A stretch of DNA of 64,000 nt from Bigelowiella natans CCMP2755 (taxonomy: Eukaryota > Protista > Cercozoa), in contig ADNK01000344.1 of NCBI GenBank assembly GCA_000320545.1, positions 1 to 64,000 of the forward strand, written 5' to 3'. Below the pieces are notes generated by a model. It was not told where the DNA came from and searched no databases. It saw only the letters and a program-made list of their open reading frames with translations. Shown here piece after piece: positions 52,201-60,202 of the stretch. Both the position numbers and the translations under genes were made by a program. The first letter of the stretch is position 1. Each line of letters begins with the position of its first letter.

Positions 52201-54285
52201 TCATCGCTTTCGGAACTTCACCAACCACCAGGTAATAGATTCCTCTCTAACCTTATCTCCTTTGTCGCTTACCCAGAACTCACCTTCGTCCTTAGGTTCG
52301 TGTCCATACCAGCCCTCTGCATCAAGGTCCCCCAGGACCTTATACCAGTGCTCAAAGGGTAAGTCGGGAACAGCTAGGTAGAGTAGCTGATATTTTCCGT
52401 CCTTTATTTTCATAGCTACCCTCTCCATATTTCGTAATCCAGGGTAGCCTAGATAGACAATCTTCATGCGCCAATCGTCGTTCACCCTGACCTTATTGTT
52501 TCCATATTCCACATCGAACTTAGGTCGGGGTCCTAAACAAGGCATTGCTCGCTCCCACACAGTAGGGTTTACTTTAACATCCTCTAGGAGCTTCTCACCG
52601 ATATCATAATTCTTTAGGTGACTGATGTGGCGCAAGGTGACCCTGTTCCCATCATAGATGTAGTACTGCTTCCTCCCCTTCCTCTCGGTAACCTTTGCAA
52701 CGCCACCCCAGAAGGGGTCTTGTTTATTTCTCGATCTCAGATTTACCTTGGCCCTAACATACTGTCCTTCCTTTAGAACTCGGCCATCGTACGGGACCTT
52801 CTCGTCTTCGCTCTCGGTATCGTCGTCGTTGTCGTCGCCTTCTTCCCTCTCCTTATCCTTGATACCTCCCCCAGACGTGAAGGTGTCGTTTACTAACCCT
52901 TGTATCTTGTCTGGTGTGGTGCTATTTATCCTGCTTAGGTTGGCCAAGGTGCGGTGGAGTCGCTCTACCTTGGAGTTGGACTGGGCATAGTATACAGGTG
53001 AGGCATCAATATTAGGGTGTGGTAGCTGTAGAAGAGAGGTCTCATTATCCACATGTAACTTCTTTGGTATCTTGTTTATGCTAACTTCATCAGGGATAGC
53101 CTGGAGCTCAGACTCCCAGGTACGGTAGCAGTTAGTAAGCCTCTGCTTATATAAGCCTTTGTTCTTCTTAGCAACGTTGACCTTGATAATCTTTTTAACC
53201 CAGCACTTTCCAGTGGCCACATCAACGAAGGTAAGGTAGTGATAGCCATCGTACTTATAAACATCAATTTGCACGATATCTAAGAAGTTCCTTGCTTTGA
53301 TTTTCTTAGATGCACGGCTCTTGCTGGACTCCTTGGTGGCGACGCCTGCCGCCTTCAAGCTGGAGCACCTGCAGCCACGCAGGTATGTCCTTATCTCTTT
53401 TAGCTTGTAGGGCCAGTAGTAATGGTAGAGTAGAGCAGTGATATGGTTTTCTCCTACGTGTGCAGGTCCATGGGCGGTAAAGAGAAGGGCTCCCCTGGTC
53501 CGCCGTGGCACGTAGGTACGCCTAACATTATTAGTGTATACATATATCCTATCACTAAGTACCTCATGCTTGTGTTTGTATTTATCCAGGTGTTCTTGAA
53601 GGTGCTGGAGCTCCTCTGGCTCAGGCAGGAAGTCGCCGTCCTCGAAGGTAATCGCGTTAACCATAGGGGTGACCTGGGTAGGGACTTTCTTTTCGAACAG
53701 CCTGCTGAAATAGTCAGCAAGCTGCTTGTCTCCTGGTGCGTAGACCACTGTCCTCTTGTCCCTAAACTCTTCCGTGTCCGCCCTCATAGCTGCATACTCA
53801 TCGTTAGGCGCTTCGAGCTTGCGGTCGATGCCTAGGAGGGGCTTGTGGTCAGTCATTAAGGTGAAGCTGGGCACCGACAGCAGGTAGTATCTTAGTTTCC
53901 TCTGCGCCTCAGTCATGGCTTTATACTCTCCTTTTGTAGGGCTGTACTTGGCCTCAGCTGCTGTGCAGGCCCTGCCCCACACCCGTATGATCTGCTGGTC
54001 TTGGGTAAGTACAGCAGCCATACCTAGCTTAGACCAGTCTGTCCATAGGGTAGCTGGTCTAGTAGTGTCTAGCTTAGCATTCAATAGGGTGTTGCTGCAT
54101 AACTTTATTAGGTTATCGAAGTGGGCATCAAGGCCAGCCTTGGCCCACACCTTAGCGAAGCTGAGGCCTACAGAGTTCTCCTTCCGGTAAGCAGTAGTAA
54201 AAGCAGCTGCAGTCCTAGCGTAGGTAGGGGAGAACCTACGTAGTATCCAAGCTGCAGTCTGCAAGAATGACTTTAACTCCTTGCA
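52201..54285 (-). CDS. pol: Pol C-terminal part: RT thumb/connection, RNase H, integrase (HHCC-like, DDE, GPY/F-SH3-like) and a C-terminal Dam-like MTase-fold domain
   Basis: KELKSFLQ, LWTDWSKLGMAAVL, YSPTKGE, LMTDHKPL, QLADYFSR (RNase H); AHGPAH...YYW...GCRC; QIDVY...HVDNE...SNSKVERLHRTL; DPFWGG...HISHLK. Frame is -1 relative to the gag-PR-RT ORF. Confidence 0.93.
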   Translation of the reverse strand, partial: CKELKSFLQTAAWILRRFSPTYARTAAAFTTAYRKENSVGLSFAKVWAKAGLDAHFDNLIKLCSNTLLNAKLDTTRPATLWTDWSKLGMAAVLTQDQQIIRVWGRACTAAEAKYSPTKGEYKAMTEAQRKLRYYLLSVPSFTLMTDHKPLLGIDRKLEAPNDEYAAMRADTEEFRDKRTVVYAPGDKQLADYFSRLFEKKVPTQVTPMVNAITFEDGDFLPEPEELQHLQEHLDKYKHKHEVLSDRIYVYTNNVRRTYVPRRTRGALLFTAHGPAHVGENHITALLYHYYWPYKLKEIRTYLRGCRCSSLKAAGVATKESSKSRASKKIKARNFLDIVQIDVYKYDGYHYLTFVDVATGKCWVKKIIKVNVAKKNKGLYKQRLTNCYRTWESELQAIPDEVSINKIPKKLHVDNETSLLQLPHPNIDASPVYYAQSNSKVERLHRTLANLSRINSTTPDKIQGLVNDTFTSGGGIKDKEREEGDDNDDDTESEDEKVPYDGRVLKEGQYVRAKVNLRSRNKQDPFWGGVAKVTERKGRKQYYIYDGNRVTLRHISHLKNYDIGEKLLEDVKVNPTVWERAMPCLGPRPKFDVEYGNNKVRVNDDWRMKIVYLGYPGLRNMERVAMKIKDGKYQLLYLAVPDLPFEHWYKVLGDLDAEGWYGHEPKDEGEFWVSDKGDKVREESITWWLVKFRKR

Positions 54286-57173
54286 TTCTTAGGTTTAGGG
54301 GCTTGCTGTAGTGCTGCTACTTTCTCGGGGTTTGGGGTGATGCGGCCTTGCTCCAGGTAATATCCACACCACTTGATTCTTGTAGCTAGGAATGTACACT
54401 TCTGCAGTCTAATAGTAAAACCGAAGTGTGCAAACCTAATAAATATATTTTCCAGGAGGAAGATCTGAGCGACGACTGTGTTGGTACATATTATGTCATC
54501 ATCCACATACACAAACACAAACACCCACAACACAGACGCCATCCCATCATGTGTGTATGCCCTGTAGTTCTGACTACTGAACGCATCCCCTGATATGCTT
54601 AGGCCGTAAGGGAATACGACGAAGTGCCACTTCCTGTGCCTGCTGGAGAACGCGGTAATGGGGCGGGAGGTTTTGTGGATGGGTGTCTGCATGTATGATT
54701 CATTTTTATCTAGGGAAGAGTAGTATTTGTACCCTATGACGTGTTCAATAACGTCATCTATCCTTGGTGTAGGTGTCTGGATCCTCTTTATTACTCGGTT
54801 GTGGCGGATGAAGTTGTGCGCCAGGCGGAAGAAAGGGTAAGTAGGTTTCTTAGCTAGCACATGTCTCACGTTCCATGGTGAGTTGCTTGGCTCTATCTTC
54901 CCTTCCTTTGCCCATTCATTGATCTGCCACTCTATCTTTTCCCAGTCCGCTTCCGGTCGCCTATGTTCTGGGTCATTGATGATGCACTCTTCGTATCCCT
55001 TCTTTAGCTCGATCTTTACTGGGGTAAGCTTGCTGGAGGGCTTCGTCGTCGGCTTGGTGATGTCAGAGTACTTCTCGTTTAATATTTTATTAATGTACTT
55101 TTTGCCTTTGTCGATATCCCAATCATCAGCTGGGGGGGTCTTGTCCAGTAGCTCCGTTATCTGTCGGATGGTCTTGCCGGGGTTCTTCTTCCGTAGCTCG
55201 GTAGGTGTAGGTAGCTTGTTGTCCGCTAGGTCCATAAACTCTAACGCATTAACGCTTGACTCAGAGGTCCACTCGTCAAGCCGTATCATGTTCTGGCTGA
55301 TGGTCCTGCCTGACTTCTTTGGCAACTTAGCAAAGTATATCTTGTGATTGTAGAATGATATGATCCCCCCTAATTTTTCTAGGGCATCCTGTCCGAGGAG
55401 TAGTTCCATGGATAAAGTCATGGCTACTCGGGTCTTGATTTGGGTCTCCGCGTCGCTGCCAGGTATCTGTAGCTTTAGCATTAGCTCACCGACGGTCTTC
55501 ATGGAAGAGCTTCCGTCTGCTTGAGCATATTTACGTTCTTTCTTAGTCACTTGATCCAATAGTCCTAACCTTCTTACTGTGCTTAGGCTTATGAAGGACT
55601 TCGGCATGCTGCCACTATCCCAAAGGGCAGGTAGTTTCTTGTAGTCTCCGTAGCTGTCTTTAACTTTAACCTTGGTCATAGCAACTTTGATAGTCCTGTT
55701 AGCGTCTTCGTCATTAATGTTGCATACTCCTAAGTTCTTTATGTCGTCTAGGGTCATGGGCTTGTCTTGGTCCTGCGTTGCTGGTACTGCTGTCTTCGTC
55801 GGCGCCTGCTTAAGGTGATCTAATATTCCGTTTATCTGCTGCTGTATAGCATTGATACTGTTCTGCTTTTTGTTCTTATATTTATTGTTCTTCCCGTTGT
55901 TGCTGCCTTGCCATTTGCTGTTGTTATATCCTTGTCCTCTGCCTTTCTTTCTCTTTAACTTCTCGTAGTGTTCGTTGAGCTGCCTGATCGTCATCCTGGG
56001 TCGTCCTTCTTTCCTGTCTCTGCAGTCTTTAGCGGTGTGTTTCCCTTTACGTGAGCAGTATCCGCAACGTCGGTTACCTTCCCTGTCCTTGTACCAGTCT
56101 CGCTGCGGCTTAATAGCGTTAATGTTTCCTATGCCAGGTACCTTAGGGCTGGTAAACTTGCGGTCCTGCTCCTGCTCGCGTAGGGATATAGCCTGCACTG
56201 CTGCCTCCATCGTGGTGTAGCCTTTCTCCGTAACGTAAGTGGATTCCTTTATCTTTAACTTGAACTCTTCAAACCTTGCCTGATCATCACCTGTGTTGTA
56301 ATTAAAATCATGTAGTTCGTCGATCATATCCTGGAAGCGCGTGGCAAAGTCTCTAACAGGTTCTCTCTCATGCTGCATCATTGCTCTGTATTTTCTAATA
56401 GCCTGGGGTAGGGAGTTAGCATCCTGTTCATTTACAAAAGCCTTCATTATCGCCTCAACGTCTCGTAGCCCACTAACTGTAGTGTGTATTTTCTCTAGCT
56501 GCCTGATCCGGGTCCTGCCTGTCTCGTAAAGGTCCATGGCTTGCTTTATTATAGCTAGCCATTTGAGCTTGTCGTTTTCGGTGGGGTTAGGGGTAAAGTC
56601 GCAGAGTATACTCCTAGCGTTCTTCCACCACCTCCTTGCCTCACCTCTTTTCCCGTTGTATTTCGTTATCATAACCGGTGCTGTTTTAACAGACATGAAC
56701 TGGGTGTTCCGCTGTACCGGCTGCTGCTGCTTGACGGTGCTCTGGGTCGTCCCCCGCGAGGCGCCCAGACCCCCGTCGTTCCTAAACAAAGCTGCCCACT
56801 CTGGAGGTAAGTCTGCTTCGTAATCCATGATGTCCTGCATGATAGCTGCCCAAACATCATGTGTCTGATACTTGTATTCTATCGATACTTTCAGTTTGGC
56901 GTAGTTGCTCGCCCTGGGTCGCAAGGCTCGTAATGCCATTACGACCTTCTTGCTTTCGGCGGCCACGTCCTCGTCGTCCGCCTCGTAGAAGTTCTCCAGT
57001 GCCTCTGCTGCTGCATCTGCTTTCTTAATCCCGGGTGCTGGTCCCGGCGGTGCCTGTGGAGGTGTTCCTCCTCCTTCCTTAGCGTCCGTATCGCCCTTCC
57101 TTTCCTGTTTCTGCTCGTGCCCTTGCACGGCCTGCGAGCCAAAGTCCTGCTGTTCTTCTAGCTGCTGTGACAT
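54273..57173 (-). CDS. gag-pol: Gag-protease-reverse transcriptase polyprotein (966 aa)
   Basis: Zinc knuckle CGYCSRKGKHTAKDC; aspartic protease ALWDSGS...LLLGQDAL; RT motifs IEPSNSPW, YSSLDKNESYMQ, VFPYGL, YVDDDII, KCTF...CGY. Confidence 0.95.
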   Translation of the reverse strand: MSQQLEEQQDFGSQAVQGHEQKQERKGDTDAKEGGGTPPQAPPGPAPGIKKADAAAEALENFYEADDEDVAAESKKVVMALRALRPRASNYAKLKVSIEYKYQTHDVWAAIMQDIMDYEADLPPEWAALFRNDGGLGASRGTTQSTVKQQQPVQRNTQFMSVKTAPVMITKYNGKRGEARRWWKNARSILCDFTPNPTENDKLKWLAIIKQAMDLYETGRTRIRQLEKIHTTVSGLRDVEAIMKAFVNEQDANSLPQAIRKYRAMMQHEREPVRDFATRFQDMIDELHDFNYNTGDDQARFEEFKLKIKESTYVTEKGYTTMEAAVQAISLREQEQDRKFTSPKVPGIGNINAIKPQRDWYKDREGNRRCGYCSRKGKHTAKDCRDRKEGRPRMTIRQLNEHYEKLKRKKGRGQGYNNSKWQGSNNGKNNKYKNKKQNSINAIQQQINGILDHLKQAPTKTAVPATQDQDKPMTLDDIKNLGVCNINDEDANRTIKVAMTKVKVKDSYGDYKKLPALWDSGSMPKSFISLSTVRRLGLLDQVTKKERKYAQADGSSSMKTVGELMLKLQIPGSDAETQIKTRVAMTLSMELLLGQDALEKLGGIISFYNHKIYFAKLPKKSGRTISQNMIRLDEWTSESSVNALEFMDLADNKLPTPTELRKKNPGKTIRQITELLDKTPPADDWDIDKGKKYINKILNEKYSDITKPTTKPSSKLTPVKIELKKGYEECIINDPEHRRPEADWEKIEWQINEWAKEGKIEPSNSPWNVRHVLAKKPTYPFFRLAHNFIRHNRVIKRIQTPTPRIDDVIEHVIGYKYYSSLDKNESYMQTPIHKTSRPITAFSSRHRKWHFVVFPYGLSISGDAFSSQNYRAYTHDGMASVLWVFVFVYVDDDIICTNTVVAQIFLLENIFIRFAHFGFTIRLQKCTFLATRIKWCGYYLEQGRITPNPEKVAALQQAPKPKNARS

Positions 57174-57189
57174 TGTTAGTCAAATCGTT

Positions 57190-57207
57190 TCCCGTGTGTG
57201 GAAGCCA
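57190..57207 (-). promoter_or_regulatory. Primer binding site TGGCTTCCACACACGGGA
   Basis: Begins with TGG 5 nt after the 5' LTR and is complementary to a tRNA-like 3' end (...UCCCGUGUGUGGAAG-CCA). tRNA identity not established. Confidence 0.8.
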
Positions 57208-57212
57208 AAGGT

Positions 57213-57538
57213 TGTTGCGCGTAAGGTGTTCACAGGCCGAGGCGCTACGTGCACAAGTAGGCAGGGGGGGGGAAAGGCACGTTTGCTTCCTTTTGAAGAG
57301 TTGTGTTTATTTTTATTAAAGATTATATTTTTATTAAATCGTGCACTGCGTAATCATTCGCGAAGCTTTCGCGAATGCCGCCGCACGTGGGGCAGCACAC
57401 TTCCGGTGTGCTGCCATGAGTCCCGCCGGAACCCACGTGCCTATGCTGTATTAATATCTACGTTATCTATATTCTATATCCGCGACAACCCCTTTGTTGT
57501 CGCACGTGACTTGTGCCCGCGTAGTGGTACGCGCTACA
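57213..57538 (-). repeat. 5' LTR (326 bp)
   Basis: Matches 51824-52149 by eye and in the identical peptide translations of ORFs 51837 and 57196. Confidence 0.97.
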
Positions 57539-59110
57539 CATTGCAAGTGTCTTGCCACACTTTGGGAACGTTGTTTTTCATCTTTGTCTTTGTCTTTGTC
57601 TTTTGTGTGAAGTCCTGTTGGATGAGCCCTCTGGTGACTTGGACAACAAGGATCGCTGGGATGCCCACCAGCCCAGCCAGCTCGTCGACAGAGCCACAGC
57701 CGTTTGAAAGTTCCTGGTCAGGATTTGCAAGGATGGGTGCGTTGCGACGTCCCTCTCAACTCTCAGTTGCGGTGCCTTCTTGCAGCCTCACTTGCACGCC
57801 AACCTTGCAACGTGCTGGTTTTCACACCAGTGAGTCTGTCCCAGCCAGCTCGTTTTCAGCTCGCTCGAGGCACTGCGTTTCGCACTTTGCAAGTGTCACG
57901 CAACAGTTCAGCAGTGTGGTCAATTGGCAAACTTCCTTTCCCTTCTTTTCTTTCTTTTCTTCACTTCTTGTTTCTTCACGTTTTCCCCTCACTTGAAACT
58001 TGTTGTGAACGCGAACCTTCGTCCACCATTGAGGAGGTCACGAACGCCAGATGAACGGGCCAGCATGACCCATGCTGGCATGACTCTCTCGTCGGCTCCT
58101 GTGGTGATACTTCACTCGTTCACCAGTTCAACATTTTCAAGGTGCGCAAGTTTAGCAACGTCGCTCTGGAACTGGCCACTGGCGAACTCCGCAACTTGCA
58201 CGAGTTCCTTTCTTTGGCTTCACTGAAAACTCTTCCTCACCTTGTTTTCTTCTTCCTGTTCTTCTTTCAATTCATGGCCAGTTCTCCCGCCTGTGAAGTG
58301 AGTTTCCTGTTCACTTCCTTCGACGGAACTTCCACAGGCTAGCTAGCTAGGCACCAAGCGCAACCAGCATCACAGCGAGTTCACTTGCAATGCAAGACAG
58401 CGCAGCCGAACACTCTCCAGGCTCGTGCAACACACACAACGCCTCATCTGTGTTCTCCAGTGTGATTCATCACTCTGCAGCACTTGTCAGCTTAGCTGAA
58501 ATGTGCACACAAGTTCAAATCGAATTGGTGACCGCAAATTGCACTGCTAGCTCATGAGCTAGCTAGCTGACATGGTGATGGTGTGCGTTCACAAGTGAGC
58601 GCAATGACGTGACAATCAAAGTCAACATTGATTGTTCAATTAGCAAGCAGCTGAGGCGCATCATCATACGCACAAACGTTTCGTTCGTGGCGTTTTCATC
58701 GACTCGCACAATGAACACAGTGCGTGTGATGCAGTGATGCACACACACACATCACACATGCCAGCATGCGCACGTCTGCAGTGAGCTGGTACAGAGCGAG
58801 AGATGACTTTTTCATCAGTCATGTCATCAAGTTCATGGCCATGCTGACCGATTTGAAGGTTTCGAAGCAAAGACACAGACACTCCAGCAAGAAGCTCTTG
58901 CACATTGCGCAAGCATCAAGTCTGCTCAGTCTGTCAAGCCAACACGTGTCGAACGTTTTGCGATGCATCGATGGCGTCATCAACAGTGGTGATGAGTGGC
59001 ACATATACACAGCATGCACACTGTGGCGCATGTGTTCAATGGCAAAATGCGAGGTGCAAACGTTCAACCGCAAGAATCAATCCTCTCTCGATACATGAAA
59101 AGATTGGCGC
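57539..59110. pseudogene. TpA-depleted decayed repeat / gene remnants hosting the LTR insertion (continues at about 51720-51823)
   Basis: Nearly TA-free. Fragments include an HTH-like RLTGVKTSTLQGW (-, ~57835-57797) and a His/Cys-rich 110-aa ORF at 58766-59098. Shares a motif with 30772. Confidence 0.5.
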
Positions 59111-59263
59111 AAGATGATCACAGTAGTGTGCAAATGCTAAATGCATGCACTCACAGTCTGAGCTAATGGTCTTCTATGATCACAAATTAATGATCGTTGG
59201 TGCAACAGGCACAGGTACTGCTGAGTGGCCTCATGCTTCTGCGGAAAGTGAATTGTGCTTTTC

Positions 59264-59402
59264 CTATGAAGGCACAATCTCTTTATTCCCTGCCATTGCC
59301 AGGAGCTTGTCCAGCACATTGTAACTGTGATGATGCATGCATTTCTGAAATTGTACTGTGATGTACAGTTTAGCAGATGTTCAACATACACCTGCATCTG
59401 TG

Positions 59403-59438
<36 letters not shown>

Positions 59439-60162
59439 GTGCGTGTGATGCACTATGTTGTTAATGTTCGTATGTGTTTACATCATAGGTATGAATGTGT
59501 GTGTACCCGTCATCTCGTAGCCCACTGTGTTGATACTCATTTGTAACCCAAATCTACCACATAAGAAGCAGATGATGATAAAGATACGAAATGTAATCGG
59601 TAAACTCCTTACAATTATTAACAGCAATGACTGCAGCACGGTAATGGCATAGACTACAGCAGCATGTGTGTATGTGTGTATGTGCGTGTGTCATTTATTT
59701 ATAAAATGTAGAGATTTAACGGCACTGAAACTGTGAAGGGAATTCATATAATATATATTTGGCTATTCAGCTCCTTCATCATCACCTTACAATTATCCCC
59801 CAACAATGCAGCAGTTTTTTCCGAGTATTGTCGCTCAACATAAATATCCTATGTGATGATAACGATGATAAAATAGCAGTTTTGTGTAATATGACACATC
59901 GTCATGGTGTTTTACAAACTTCCAATTAACTTTTTGGTGTTCATATTTATCATTTTTATTCATTTTGGGATGCAATAATGACTGCTAGAATATATAGTAA
60001 TAGCAGCTTCTTGAACCAAAAAGATCGTGGTAAAAATACTCCACTTGAATTCTTTAATGACCTCATAACTCACAAGTGCAGCACAGGAAACAGCCGTATT
60101 CCTAAGAATCAGTCAAACCGAGTTAATTTCATTCTCGACAACATTTTATGATCTTGTTCTGC

Positions 60163-60202
<40 letters not shown>

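Larger units (their letters stand above)
51824..57538 (-). mobile_element. Full-length Ty3/Gypsy-type LTR retrotransposon, 5715 bp, with 4-bp TSD CATT
   Basis: Two 326-bp LTRs that appear identical, with TG...CA ends. CATT at 51820-51823 and 57539-57542. PBS and PPT present. Domain order gag-PR-RT-RH-IN. Confidence 0.97.

Noticed and set aside
54883-56823. Plus-strand ORFs inside the retrotransposon (antisense genes)
   Set aside because: Shadow ORFs of gag-pol codon structure with no motifs.
57196-57996. 266-aa plus-strand ORF
   Set aside because: Antisense read-through of the LTR into TA-free flank. It is a chimera created by the insertion and stays open because stops are scarce.
58330-58570. 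CTAG runs as Helitron 3' termini
   Set aside because: No adjacent hairpin, A/T insertion site or Rep/helicase seen; better explained as TA survivors in a protected context.
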